A program made the translations under genes and the position numbers. The notes beneath the pieces were generated by a model. It did no database searches. It was given only the letters and a program-made list of their open reading frames with translations, and had not been told where the DNA came from. Of a stretch of DNA of 64,000 bases, positions 53,364 to 63,106 are shown piece after piece (positions within the stretch are counted from its first letter, which is position 1; each line of letters begins with the position of its first letter). The DNA is from Dehalococcoidia bacterium. Lineage in GTDB: Bacteria > Chloroflexota > Dehalococcoidia > Lucifugimonadales > GCA-2712585. Location of the stretch: NCBI GenBank assembly GCA_965208725.1, contig CBDBPI010000001.1, positions 668,687 to 732,686 on the forward strand, in the 5' to 3' direction.

Positions 53364-54179
53364 ATGAGTTCCGACGGAGGCGATAGCAGAAGCTCCCACT
53401 GGACCCGCCGGCTCTTCGTAGATAACGCTCACCTGTACATGCCGTTTCTGGAGGTTGCCAAGCCTCGCGCCGAGGCAGAGGTGGGAGTGATGGTCTACCA
53501 GTTCAGGGAGCTAGGGATTCCCGACGGTGCACGAGTGCTGGATGCGGGGTGCGGCATCGGCCGACACAGCGTTCCTCTGGCATCGAGAGGGTACGAGGTG
53601 GTGGGGTTTGACTTTTCACCCCCGTACCTGGAGGAGGCGCGCAAGGCGGCTGAAGAGGCAGGAGTGGACGCCAAGTTCATACTTGGTGATATGAGGAATG
53701 TTGGGAGTGCGCTGGGGAAAGAAAAACCCTTTCAGGCCATCGTCAATATGTTCACGTCTCATGGTTACCATCAAAAGGACGATGACCTTCGGTTCTTCCA
53801 AGACCTGCACCGCCTATCTGCTCCAGGAGCGGCGCTGGTTATCGAGACACTGAACCGGGACTACATCCTGCGAAACTTCACCCCCATCGGCTTCGAGGAG
53901 GCAGGAAGGATCAGCAGGTATGATCATCGCAGCTTCGACCTTGAGACCTCGACGAGTCATAGCGAGTGGAGGTTCTACGAACGCAGCGGGGACGACTTAG
54001 TTCTACGGCTGCGGGTCGACGTGGAACTGCGGGCATACAGCCTGCACGAGATCAAGGAGCTTCTTGCGAGAGCGGGGTGGGAGACAGTCAAGAGCTTCAC
54101 CCTGGCAGGGGAAGGCGGGGAGATAGCGCCGCTGTGTGCAGACTCGTTCCGGATGTGGGTGACGGCGCGGCGGGTCTAG
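53364..54179 (+). CDS. class I SAM-dependent methyltransferase
   Basis: 271 aa with VLDAGCGIGRHSVPLA motif I and AIVNMFTS. Confidence 0.8.
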   Translation: MSSDGGDSRSSHWTRRLFVDNAHLYMPFLEVAKPRAEAEVGVMVYQFRELGIPDGARVLDAGCGIGRHSVPLASRGYEVVGFDFSPPYLEEARKAAEEAGVDAKFILGDMRNVGSALGKEKPFQAIVNMFTSHGYHQKDDDLRFFQDLHRLSAPGAALVIETLNRDYILRNFTPIGFEEAGRISRYDHRSFDLETSTSHSEWRFYERSGDDLVLRLRVDVELRAYSLHEIKELLARAGWETVKSFTLAGEGGEIAPLCADSFRMWVTARRV

Positions 54180-54188
54180 GAGAGCGGG

Positions 54189-55331
54189 CTAGCCGCGCTG
54201 GTCGAGGGGGACGTACTCCAGGTCCATAGGCCCAACGTACTCAGTGAGGGGCCGGATGAGTATGTTGTCGGCGTACTGCTCCATGCACTGGAGAGTCCAG
54301 CCAGGAATGCGGCCCATAGCGAATATGGGCACAAACAGGTCGTCCGGGATGCCCAGCAGGTAGTAGATGGAGCCCGCGTAGAAGTCCACGTTTACGTAGA
54401 TGCCCTTGGCCCGGTAGGGCTGCATGACTTTCTGCTCCAGGTGGGCGAGGATCTGGAACCACTGGGGCTGGCCCTTCTTCTGGCTCAGAATCTCGGATCG
54501 GTCTCGCATGTGGCCGGCCCGTGGGTCTTCCGCCTTGTAGACGCGGTGGCCGAAGCCCATGATGCGGCCGCCGTTGTCGATGATGTTGCGGGCGTAGGCC
54601 TCGGCATTATCGGGTGTGCCGATATCGAGGGCCATCTTCATCACGGCCTCGGCGGCGCCGCCGTGCCACGGACCCTTCAGGACTCCGATGCCGCCAACGA
54701 TTGCGGAGTGGAGGTCGGAGACCGTGGAAGCAGCCATGCGGGCGGCGAAGGAGGAGGCGTTGGAGCCATGCTCGGCGTGGATAATGAAGTCCACGTCCAT
54801 AAGCTTCATCTCCTCTTCCTGGGGCCGTTCGCCATCGAGCATATAGAGGAAGTTGCCGGCGTGGTTCAAGTCCGGGTCGGGGTCTACGGGGTCCTGTCCC
54901 CGCCTGATCCTGTGATGCGCCGTGACTATGGTGGGCACCTGGGCGGTGATTCGGATGCCCTTGCGCCGTGTGGCCTCCACGGAGTTATCGTCGCGCTCGG
55001 GATCAACGCAGCCGAGGACGGAAACGGCGGTGCGCAGGGCGTCCATGGGATGGCTGTCCTTCACCACCCTCAGCACTTCGATGACTTCCGACGGAAGGCT
55101 CCTGCTGGCTCTAAGGGTAGCGTCGATCTCTGCGAGTTGGGACTTGGTCGGAAGCTCGCCGTAGAGAAGCAGATAGACTATCTCTTCGAAGGTGGACTTC
55201 TCTGCCAGGTCATGGATGTTGTAGCCGCGATAGAGCAGCTTGCCGACTTCGCCATCAATGAAGCTGGATGTGGTGGTATCCGCATAGACGCCGCGAAGGC
55301 CGCGGAATATCTGCGGGGACTCATCAGCCAT
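54189..55331 (-). CDS. gltA: citrate synthase (type I/archaeal-Gram-positive dimeric type)
   Basis: 380 aa with HAEHGSNASSF, GPWHGGA, the GFGHRVYK motif and D...RP. Confidence 0.92.
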   Translation of the reverse strand: MADESPQIFRGLRGVYADTTTSSFIDGEVGKLLYRGYNIHDLAEKSTFEEIVYLLLYGELPTKSQLAEIDATLRASRSLPSEVIEVLRVVKDSHPMDALRTAVSVLGCVDPERDDNSVEATRRKGIRITAQVPTIVTAHHRIRRGQDPVDPDPDLNHAGNFLYMLDGERPQEEEMKLMDVDFIIHAEHGSNASSFAARMAASTVSDLHSAIVGGIGVLKGPWHGGAAEAVMKMALDIGTPDNAEAYARNIIDNGGRIMGFGHRVYKAEDPRAGHMRDRSEILSQKKGQPQWFQILAHLEQKVMQPYRAKGIYVNVDFYAGSIYYLLGIPDDLFVPIFAMGRIPGWTLQCMEQYADNILIRPLTEYVGPMDLEYVPLDQRG

Positions 55332-55452
55332 ACAAAGGACTCCTTTTCAGAGCGGGGGTAGGGGGTCGACGCTGGCATTTAAGGGCGCATTCAGGCCCGT
55401 TTAGGTGCCATTATCGACGCTGGGCGATTCTATCACTGGGCGTAAATCTATG

Positions 55453-55752
55453 TCAACTTGAAGAGGCTGGCGCGGGCAGCGGCTCACCGAGGTCGATCAT
55501 ATCCGTCACAACGTCTGCGACCAGGGAGCGGATGCTGTTCAAGGCTTCGTCTTGAGTGCAGGCGAGCCAACTCAAGGATGGAAATTCAGCGCACAGCCCG
55601 ATGAATTCTTCGTCCTCTTGCAACCAGGTTACTGCGTAGGCGTAGCGGTCGTAGAACTCTATCTCTCCGGCAATCAGCCCAGAATCCTCTGGATGACCAA
55701 GGATGCGGAGGAGGCCGCGACGATTGATCCCAACATCATTCCAATCATCCAC
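55453..55752 (-). CDS. HicB-like (UPF0150) antitoxin-fold protein, orphan. Start uncertain.
   Basis: The C-terminal 70 aa read YAYAVTWLQEDEEFIGLCAEFPSLSWLACTQDEALNSIRSLVADVVTDMIDLGEPLPAP, which fits the HicB pattern. The N-terminal 26 codons overlap the next ORF. Confidence 0.55.
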   Translation of the reverse strand: MDDWNDVGINRRGLLRILGHPEDSGLIAGEIEFYDRYAYAVTWLQEDEEFIGLCAEFPSLSWLACTQDEALNSIRSLVADVVTDMIDLGEPLPAPASSS

Positions 55753-55895
55753 CTGGTCAGACGGGTTTCCATCTGGGCCAATCGAACATCTAGCTGAGTA
55801 AGGTCCGCTTTGGTTGCGTAGTGCCTTAATTCTTCCCTGAGTTCTGACCTGGTAATGGGCTGCTCATCTTTTGCCATCATATCCTCCTCGTCCAC
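55674..55895 (-). CDS. small coiled-coil protein with C-terminal membrane anchor (hypothetical)
   Basis: 73 aa: ...SELREELRHYATKADLTQLDVRLAQMETRLTRWMIGMMLGSIVAASSASLVI. It overlaps the HicB-like ORF by 79 nt. Confidence 0.45.
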   Translation of the reverse strand: MDEEDMMAKDEQPITRSELREELRHYATKADLTQLDVRLAQMETRLTRWMIGMMLGSIVAASSASLVIQRILG

Positions 55896-55950
55896 GCATT
55901 ATACTACACCCGTTCTCACGAACTCAACAGCTTATTTGCGGCGGCAGTCT

Positions 55951-56709
55951 CTAAAGCGGGCGTTTCTTAGGGATGCCGGCGCGGCGGGGGTAGCGGTCAG
56001 TGGTTGGGGACACTTTCTCGACGATGACCAGAGCACGGTTGTCTTCCAGTCCAGTCACGCAAACGGGCTGCACTTTCGCCAATCGTCCGCCCATAAGAGA
56101 GATGGCTGTCTGGGCGTCTTGGAGTTCCTGGTCGATGTCGCCCTTCTTGTGGGCCACCAGAATCCCGCCGACCCTGCAGAAGGGGAGGGCAAGCTCCACG
56201 AGCACACGCAGAGGGGCAAGGCCGCGGGCCATCGCTACATCGAACACCCCACGGTGTCGGGGGTCGTGGGCAATGGTCTCGGAGCGGCCATGCAGGAGTT
56301 GAACGTCGGATATCTTCAGGGTGTCGAGGAGGTGTTCAAGAAAGCTGACCTTCTTTCCGACGGACTCCACCAGGGTCAGGCGCAATTCGGGGAGGGCTAT
56401 TTTAAGGGGGATGCCGGGGAAGCCGGCGCCGGCGCCGATGTCTATCACTCGTCCGTCGGACTCGATTTCCGCCGAAAACGCGAGAACGGCGGTGAGAGAG
56501 TCGAGAAAGTGCAGCGTCTGCACCTGTTCACGTCCTGTGATGCGGGTGAGATTGAAGTGTCGATTCCAAGCCTCAAGCTCCCGTTCGTACACCTGAAACC
56601 GACGGATCTGGTCGTCGGACAGCATAAAGCCAAGCTCAGAAAGACCTCGCCTAAAGGCGGGGGTCAGCCAGGACTCCGTCACAGTCTGCAGTGGATTTGA
56701 GGGATTCAT
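55951..56709 (-). CDS. rsmG: 16S rRNA (guanine527-N7)-methyltransferase
   Basis: 252 aa with W.N..FNLT.I......HFLDS and VIDIGAGAGFPGIPLKI. Confidence 0.88.
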   Translation of the reverse strand: MNPSNPLQTVTESWLTPAFRRGLSELGFMLSDDQIRRFQVYERELEAWNRHFNLTRITGREQVQTLHFLDSLTAVLAFSAEIESDGRVIDIGAGAGFPGIPLKIALPELRLTLVESVGKKVSFLEHLLDTLKISDVQLLHGRSETIAHDPRHRGVFDVAMARGLAPLRVLVELALPFCRVGGILVAHKKGDIDQELQDAQTAISLMGGRLAKVQPVCVTGLEDNRALVIVEKVSPTTDRYPRRAGIPKKRPL

Positions 56710-56764
56710 AAGTCGTCAGCCAATGGTAGGACAGAAGCGACGGAGCCGCTACCCCTCATTTCAT

Positions 56765-56793
56765 TTGACGCCTCAATTGGGTGAAGATAGAAT
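56765..56793 (+). promoter_or_regulatory. sigma70-like promoter (TTGACG-N17-TAGAAT) for the AsnC-type gene and the downstream acyl-CoA dehydrogenase block
   Basis: Hexamers at 56765..56770 and 56788..56793. Confidence 0.4.
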
Positions 56794-56859
56794 TGACTTT
56801 CCGTAGGGGGTGGGGTAGATGAGGCCGTAATCCTTCTAGTATATCGTTGGGGGTCTGAA

Positions 56860-57096
56860 TTGGGCACAAAAGCATATATCCTCATAGAAACGGCGGTGGG
56901 GCGCACGAGAGAGGTGGCGCAGGCGCTGCGCAAGGTGGAGGGTATGATATCCGTGGACGTGGTGACGGGTCCCTACGATATCATCGCCCTGCTGGAGGCG
57001 CGAGACATCGCCGCCGTGGGAGACCTGGTCACAGACCAGGTGCACTTTACGGGCGTAGTCAGGACCGTCACCTGCATTTCCGTCGGCATCGGCTAA
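56860..57096 (+). CDS. stand-alone Lrp/AsnC ligand-binding (RAM) domain protein
   Basis: 78 aa: AYILIETAVGRTREVAQALRKVEGMISVDVVTGPYDIIALLEA. TTG start. Confidence 0.7.
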   Translation: MGTKAYILIETAVGRTREVAQALRKVEGMISVDVVTGPYDIIALLEARDIAAVGDLVTDQVHFTGVVRTVTCISVGIG

Positions 57097-57166
57097 GACG
57101 GAGTGTCGGCTATAATTCGGGGCCCCGGCTCCGGAATTATCACTGAAGTTCCCGGGAACGCAGGCG

Positions 57167-58327
57167 ATGGACTTTCGCTTCTCTGAGACGGAAGAACAGT
57201 TTCGTCAAGAGCTTCTCGAGTTTCTAGATCAGGAGCTTCCTGCGGGATGGGGGGAAGGCCGGACGGCTTCACCCGACGATGAGTGGGCCGAAACCCTGCG
57301 GATGCGGCGCAAGCTGGCGGAGCGGGGCTGGCTGACCATGCACTGGCCTCCCGAATACGGCGGTCAGGGAGCCTCGACGATACTCAGCCTCATCTTCAAC
57401 GAAGAGATGTCGTACCGGGGTGCGCCCGGACGGGACGCCTTCGGCGCGCGGATGCTCGGCCCTACACTGATGATATACGGCACGGAGGAGCAGAAGCGCC
57501 GGTTTCTGCCGCCCGTGGCCCGAGGCGAGGTGCAGTGGTGTCAGGGGTACAGCGAGCCCCAGTCCGGCTCCGATCTTGCGTCGTTGAGCACCCGCGCCGA
57601 CGACGAGGGGGACTTCTTCCGAGTCAACGGCAGCAAGGTATGGACTTCGCTGGCCCACCGCGCTGACTGGATGATGGTCCTCGTGCGCACGGACCCGGAT
57701 GCGCCCAAGCACCGCGGCATCAGCTTCCTTCTGGTGGATATGAAGTCGCCCGGCGTAGAGGTGCGTCCCATCATGAACATGGCGGGCACCCACGAGTTCA
57801 ACGAGGTTTTCTTCGACGACGTGCAGGTGCCTAAGACCAATCTGGTGGGTGAGCAGGACCGGGGGTGGTACGTGGCGGTGACGCTGCTGGACTTCGAGCG
57901 GTCCGGCATCGAGTACGCCGCCACAAGCCGCCGACTGCTGGATGACCTTACGACGTTCATCAAGCAGTCGCGGGGAGAGATAGAGGGATGGATCGCGGAC
58001 CTGCTGGCGGAGCGGTACGTGGAAGCAGAAGTGGCGCGGCTGATGGCCTACCGCGTGGCGTGGATGCAGAGCCAGGGGATGGTGCCCAACCGGGAAGCCT
58101 CCATGAGCAAGGTGTTCGGCAGCGAGACGTTTCAGCGGGTGGCGGACACGGGGATGAAGGTGCTGGGTATGTTCGGCCAGCTGACGGAGGAGGACCGGTG
58201 GGCGCCCCTTGCCGGTCGGATGCAGGACGCTTGGCGGCACAGCTTTTCCAACACCATCGCGGCGGGCACCTCGGAGATCCAACGAAACATCATCGCCAGC
58301 CGGGGGCTGGGGCTGCCGCGAGGGTAA
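57167..58327 (+). CDS. acyl-CoA dehydrogenase, putative catalytic (alpha) subunit of a heteromeric pair
   Basis: 386 aa. The C-terminal motif reads AAGTSEIQRN (no Glu at the MCAD YEG position), but LDFER supplies a Glu at the IVD/LCAD-type base position. Confidence 0.85.
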   Translation: MDFRFSETEEQFRQELLEFLDQELPAGWGEGRTASPDDEWAETLRMRRKLAERGWLTMHWPPEYGGQGASTILSLIFNEEMSYRGAPGRDAFGARMLGPTLMIYGTEEQKRRFLPPVARGEVQWCQGYSEPQSGSDLASLSTRADDEGDFFRVNGSKVWTSLAHRADWMMVLVRTDPDAPKHRGISFLLVDMKSPGVEVRPIMNMAGTHEFNEVFFDDVQVPKTNLVGEQDRGWYVAVTLLDFERSGIEYAATSRRLLDDLTTFIKQSRGEIEGWIADLLAERYVEAEVARLMAYRVAWMQSQGMVPNREASMSKVFGSETFQRVADTGMKVLGMFGQLTEEDRWAPLAGRMQDAWRHSFSNTIAAGTSEIQRNIIASRGLGLPRG

Positions 58328-58337
58328 GGGAGCGGGC

Positions 58338-59471
58338 TTGGACTTAGCGTTAAGCGAAATTCAGCAGATGTTGAAGACCAGCGCCCGGGAGGTGCTGGCC
58401 CAGGAGTTCCCCTTCGATGTGGTGCGGGCCATGGAAGAAGATCAGAAGGGTTACACGCCTGAACTATGGCAGTCCATGACTGAGTTGGGGTGGCTGGGAC
58501 TGGTGGTGCCGGAGAAGTACGGCGGCGCAGAAGGGTCTTTCCTCGACCTGGGGATGCTGCTGGAGGAGATGGGACGGGCGCTGACCCCCGGGCCGTTCTT
58601 TTCCACCGTAATCCTCGGCGCACTTACGGTTATGGACGCGGGTGACGAGTCGACGCAGTCGAAGCTGCTGCCTGGAATCGCCAGCGGCGAGACGATGATG
58701 ACGATGGCCGTCGCTGAAGAGTCAGGCGGCTACGGCCCTGACGGCGTTCGCTTGCGGGCAGAGCATCGTGATGGCGTATTCGTACTCTCCGGCCGGAAGC
58801 TTTTCGTGCCCGACGCTCACGTGGCCGACTACGCCATTGTAGCGGCGCGGACGTCGGAGCGGCTGGACCCGAGGGACGGAATAACCCTCTTTCTGACGCC
58901 GCTAGACGCCGAGGGCGTCACCGTCGCGCCCCACACTACTATGGCGTTGGAGAAGCAGGCACAGGTGGAGTTCGACGAGGTTCGGGTGTCCGCCGATTCC
59001 GTCCTGGGGACTGTGGATAGAGGCTGGCCTGAGCTGGAGCGGGCGCTCCAACGAGCGGCAACGGCGAAGGGGCTGGAGATGGTGGGCGGCGCCGATGCGG
59101 TGCTGGAAATGACCTTAGACTACCTGAAAGACCGGGTGCAGTTCGGCCGCCCGGTGGGGACATTCCAGGCATTGCAGCACCACTGCGCCAACATGGCTAT
59201 CGACGTTGAGGGGAGCAGGTACGCGGTATACCAGGCGGCGTACCGGATTTCTGAGGGACTGCCGGCAGGCCGGGAGGTTTCGGTGGCGAAGGCGTGGGTG
59301 AGCGACGCTTACATGCGGGTGTGCGCCACGGCTGTCCAGTGCCATGGGGCGGTAGGGTTTACGGCGGAGCACAACCTGCAGCTATTCATCCGTCGTGCCC
59401 GAGTCCAGGAGCAGCTGTACGGGGACGCCGGCTTTCACCGTCGCCTGCTGGCAGCGGGGTTGAGGCGGTAG
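58338..59471 (+). CDS. acyl-CoA dehydrogenase-family protein, putative non-catalytic (beta) subunit
   Basis: The TTG at 58338 lies 5 nt after AAGGGAG (LDLALSEIQQMLKTSAREV). It lacks Glu at both canonical base positions (…LYGDAG… and …WPELERALQRAA… aligning Ala to the IVD Glu). Confidence 0.8.
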   Translation: MDLALSEIQQMLKTSAREVLAQEFPFDVVRAMEEDQKGYTPELWQSMTELGWLGLVVPEKYGGAEGSFLDLGMLLEEMGRALTPGPFFSTVILGALTVMDAGDESTQSKLLPGIASGETMMTMAVAEESGGYGPDGVRLRAEHRDGVFVLSGRKLFVPDAHVADYAIVAARTSERLDPRDGITLFLTPLDAEGVTVAPHTTMALEKQAQVEFDEVRVSADSVLGTVDRGWPELERALQRAATAKGLEMVGGADAVLEMTLDYLKDRVQFGRPVGTFQALQHHCANMAIDVEGSRYAVYQAAYRISEGLPAGREVSVAKAWVSDAYMRVCATAVQCHGAVGFTAEHNLQLFIRRARVQEQLYGDAGFHRRLLAAGLRR

Positions 59472-59547
59472 TGTCAAGTACCCCCTAGTTGAGACCCTCT
59501 AAACTGAGGGTTAAAATTGGAGGCAACCCCATCGGAGGCGTTTCCCT

Positions 59548-61209
59548 TTGGCCAGCAGCGACAAGCAGCAGTGGCGCAGGCGTGTTCTTGACCCGGCTTT
59601 GAAGGCGCGGAAGCAGCGTCGGGACGACTTCGTCACGGAGTCGGGGTTGGGGATGGACGCGGTCTACGTCAACGACGATCTTGCAGGCGTCGGCTTCAAC
59701 CACGAGCGGGACCTGGGCAATCCAGGCGAGTACCCCTTCACCCGCGGGGTTCAGCCGACGATGTACCGGGGTCGTCTATGGACGATGCGGCAGTATTCGG
59801 GGTACGCCACCGCCGAGGAGTCGAACGAACGCTACAGGTACCTGCTGGATCAGGGTCAGACGGGTCTCTCCGTGGCCTTCGACCTGCCCACCCAGATTGG
59901 CTACGACTCGGATCATCCGCTGGCCCGGGGCGAGGTGGGCAAGGTGGGGGTGCCCATCTGCCACCTGGAGGACATGGAGACGCTGCTGGAGGGAATTCCG
60001 CTCGACAGGGTCAGCACCTCCATGACCATCAATGCCACGGCGTCGGTGCTTCTATGCCTCTACGCAGCCGTTGCGAAGAAGCGGGGCGTCCCCCTCTCCA
60101 GGATAAGCGGCACCCTGCAGAACGACATTTTGAAGGAGTACATCGCCAGGGGCACCTATATCTACCCGCCCAAGCCCTCCATGCGGCTGGTGGTGGACGT
60201 GTTCAAGTACTGCTCGTCCAACATTCCGCGTTGGAACACCATCAGCGTCAGCGGCTATCACATGCGGGAGGCGGGCGCGACGGCGACGCAGGAACTGGCC
60301 TTCACCTTCGCCAACGCCATAGAGTACGTGCAGGCGGCGGTGAACGCCGGGCTGGACGTGGACGAATTTGCCGGGCGAGTGTCGTTTTTCTTCGTGTCGC
60401 ACAACAACATCTTCGAAGAAGCCGCCAAGTTCCGGGCCGCTCGGCGGATGTGGGCGAAGATAATGAAGGAGAGGTTCCGCGCCCAAAATCCCCGCTCCAT
60501 GCGGCTGCGGTTCCACACCCAGACTGCGGGGGTTACGCTGACTGCCCAGCAGCCCGACAACAACGTGGTGCGGACCACGCTGCAGGCGCTCGCGGCAGTG
60601 CTTGGGGGCACGCAGTCGTTGCACGTGAACTCCAGGGACGAAGCCATGTCTCTGCCCTCGGAGGAGTCGGTGCAGATTTCCCTTCGCACCCAACAAATAC
60701 TGGCCCACGAGACGGGCATCGCCGACGTGGTGGACCCGCTGGGTGGTTCCTACTACGTGGAGGACCTGACGCGGCGGTTGGAGAAAGGGGCGTGGGAGTA
60801 CATTCGTCGCATTGACGACATGGGAGGGGCCGTTGCGGCACTGGAGCAGGGATTCCAGATGGGGGAGATTCACCAGGCAGCGTTCCAGCACCAGATGGAG
60901 GTAGAGGAGGGTCGGCGGACGATTGTGGGGGTGAACAAGTACCAATCGGAGGACGCGCCCTCGGGCGGTCTGTTGAAGGTGGACGAGGAGGCCGCTCAAC
61001 AGCAGACGGAGCGGCTTGCGCGGGTGCGGCGCGAGCGGGACGGGACGGCTGCGTCGACATCGCTGGAGCGTCTGGAGGAAGTGGCCCGCTCCGACGACAA
61101 CACGGTGGAGGCCATCCTGGAGTGCGTTGAGAACTACTGCACCCTGGGGGAGATCTGCGACGTGTTACGCGGGGTGTTCGGGGAACAGCGGGAGATAGCC
61201 GGAGTGTAG
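59548..61209 (+). CDS. methylmalonyl-CoA mutase-family large (catalytic TIM-barrel) subunit
   Basis: 553 aa with [33 protein letters not shown] and the SGYHMREAG motif. There is no B12-binding domain, which is encoded separately at 63570. Confidence 0.9.
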   Translation: MASSDKQQWRRRVLDPALKARKQRRDDFVTESGLGMDAVYVNDDLAGVGFNHERDLGNPGEYPFTRGVQPTMYRGRLWTMRQYSGYATAEESNERYRYLLDQGQTGLSVAFDLPTQIGYDSDHPLARGEVGKVGVPICHLEDMETLLEGIPLDRVSTSMTINATASVLLCLYAAVAKKRGVPLSRISGTLQNDILKEYIARGTYIYPPKPSMRLVVDVFKYCSSNIPRWNTISVSGYHMREAGATATQELAFTFANAIEYVQAAVNAGLDVDEFAGRVSFFFVSHNNIFEEAAKFRAARRMWAKIMKERFRAQNPRSMRLRFHTQTAGVTLTAQQPDNNVVRTTLQALAAVLGGTQSLHVNSRDEAMSLPSEESVQISLRTQQILAHETGIADVVDPLGGSYYVEDLTRRLEKGAWEYIRRIDDMGGAVAALEQGFQMGEIHQAAFQHQMEVEEGRRTIVGVNKYQSEDAPSGGLLKVDEEAAQQQTERLARVRRERDGTAASTSLERLEEVARSDDNTVEAILECVENYCTLGEICDVLRGVFGEQREIAGV

Positions 61210-61315
61210 GGTCGGTTCGCGAACTACCCCCACACAGGTTCTAAGTCAAGGAATGAACTGATATACTATTCTCGTTAATTGTTCGACGTATTCACTGTCA
61301 ACAAAGCGAGGGAAT

Positions 61316-61699
61316 ATGCTGGAAACCCAACAGGTAGACTTAATTTTCGACGACGCCAGAAGCCTGTATGACGACGCGTTGGAAATGCTGGACCAAGGCA
61401 GACTGCGCAACGCTGCTGAGAAGGCCTGGTGCGCCACGAAGCGGGCTACCGACGCGCTCATTCTGGCGCGAACTGGAGAGGAACCACGGACCTCAGGGCA
61501 GACCATGCGAATGCTCCGGCGACTGCGAAGGCAGGACCCGACGCTGGAACCGTTGCGCGCCCGCTATGCAATCCGACAATCATTCCTGCACGGCGCCTGT
61601 TTCTACGACGGAATCTTGGAACCTGCAGAGGACATCATCGCCGACGTGCGGGAAACCGTTCAGTACATCCGGGACGCGGAATCGATGGCCTCAAGCTAA
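61316..61699 (+). CDS. PaREP1/HEPN-like four-helix protein
   Basis: 127 aa: ...ALEMLDQGRLRNAAEKAWCATKRATDALILA...LHGACFYDG... resembles the PaREP1 signature from memory. Low-GC leader. Confidence 0.5.
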   Translation: MLETQQVDLIFDDARSLYDDALEMLDQGRLRNAAEKAWCATKRATDALILARTGEEPRTSGQTMRMLRRLRRQDPTLEPLRARYAIRQSFLHGACFYDGILEPAEDIIADVRETVQYIRDAESMASS

Positions 61700-61731
61700 A
61701 GCCAAACTGGTCTCCCTCCCTTACTTCAACG

Positions 61732-61821
61732 GGGTTGGGAGAGATCTGCGACGTATTACGCGTGGTGTGCGGGAAGCGCCGAGAGCTGGCGGGCGGCGCA
61801 AAGGGACGTCATCTGGTATAA
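61732..61821 (+). pseudogene. relic copy of the mutase large-subunit 3-prime end
   Basis: Reads [29 protein letters not shown], compared with the mutase C-terminus [22 protein letters not shown] (61146..61209). About 80% nt identity over ~60 nt. Confidence 0.6.
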
Positions 61822-61881
61822 ATAATATGTGACGGACGCCGAAACGCCGGCGTCGCTAATTCGAGAATCAAGGGGTCCAAC

Positions 61882-63036
61882 ATGGTAGACCTGATTTTGA
61901 CGGAAGAGGAGAGAATGCTGCAGGCTGCGGTGCGGGAGTTCGCCGAAAGGGAGCTCAAGCCCCGCGCCAGGGAGATGGACGAAAAGGAGGCCTTTTCCCC
62001 GGAGGTCTGGCGAGGGATGACGAGCCTGGGGCTGGCAGGCATAGGCGTTGACCCGGCCTTCGGCGGCAGCGGCGGCACCCACCGGCAGATGGTTGTCGCC
62101 ATTCAGGAAGTCTCGCGGGGCGACGCCGCTTCAGCGGTGAACCTGCTGGCCCACCGGTCGCTGGGACTTGAGACAATCAACGAGTTCGGCAGCGAGGAGC
62201 AGAAGTCCAAATACATTCCGGGAGCGGTGGACGGCTCAAAGATAATCGCGTGGGCCCTTACGGAGCCGGGATCAGGCTCCGACGCGGCCGCGCTTCAGAC
62301 GACCGCGTCCGAGCGAAACGGGGCGTTTCTTCTCAATGGCAGCAAGATATTCATCACCAACGGGGACTTGGCCCACGCAACGGTGGTCTTTGCCACCGTG
62401 GACCGCAACCTGCGGCATCGCGGCGTTACAGCGTTTATTGTGGACGGCGACTCCGACGGGTTTCAGGTGAACAAGCAGCAGGGGAAAATGGGGATGAGGG
62501 GTTCCAACACGGTGGAAATGACCTTCGAGGACGTAGAAGTTCCGCGGGACAACCTTCTCGGCCAGGTGGGCCAGGGCTTCCGATACGCCATGCAGATCCT
62601 GGACTCCAGCCGCATCGTCATAGCGGCCCAGTGCATCGGCATAGCCATGGCAGCCTTCGAAGCGGCGGTCACCTACGCCCAGCAGCGTCGCACCTTCGGC
62701 AAGCCCATCGCGGAGCACCAGGCCATCCAGTTCATGCTTGCCGACATGGCAACAGACATCTACGCCAGCCAGACGATGACAATGCACGCCGCCACGCTGA
62801 AAGACCGGGGCGAGCCCTACCTGGACGCAGCGTCCATGGCCAAGCTTTACGCTTCCGAAGCCTGCTTCCGTGTTTGCTCCAAGGCCGTACAGATACACGG
62901 CGGCTACGGCTATTTCAAAGAGTCGGACGTGGAGCGGTACTTCCGGGATGCGCGCGTGACAAGCATCTACGAAGGCACGTCCGAAGTGCAGCGAATAGTC
63001 ATAGCCCGTCAGATGCTTCAAAAATACCAACTATGA
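61882..63036 (+). CDS. acyl-CoA dehydrogenase (short/medium-chain type, canonical YEGTSE catalytic Glu)
   Basis: 384 aa with WALTEPGSGSDA and IYEGTSEVQRIVIAR. Confidence 0.9.
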   Translation: MVDLILTEEERMLQAAVREFAERELKPRAREMDEKEAFSPEVWRGMTSLGLAGIGVDPAFGGSGGTHRQMVVAIQEVSRGDAASAVNLLAHRSLGLETINEFGSEEQKSKYIPGAVDGSKIIAWALTEPGSGSDAAALQTTASERNGAFLLNGSKIFITNGDLAHATVVFATVDRNLRHRGVTAFIVDGDSDGFQVNKQQGKMGMRGSNTVEMTFEDVEVPRDNLLGQVGQGFRYAMQILDSSRIVIAAQCIGIAMAAFEAAVTYAQQRRTFGKPIAEHQAIQFMLADMATDIYASQTMTMHAATLKDRGEPYLDAASMAKLYASEACFRVCSKAVQIHGGYGYFKESDVERYFRDARVTSIYEGTSEVQRIVIARQMLQKYQL

Positions 63037-63106
63037 TTTTCTTACTCTTTCGGCAAATCCTTTCACAGGAGACTCTTCCCTTCTGCATTCCAGGCAGTAG
63101 TGGGTC

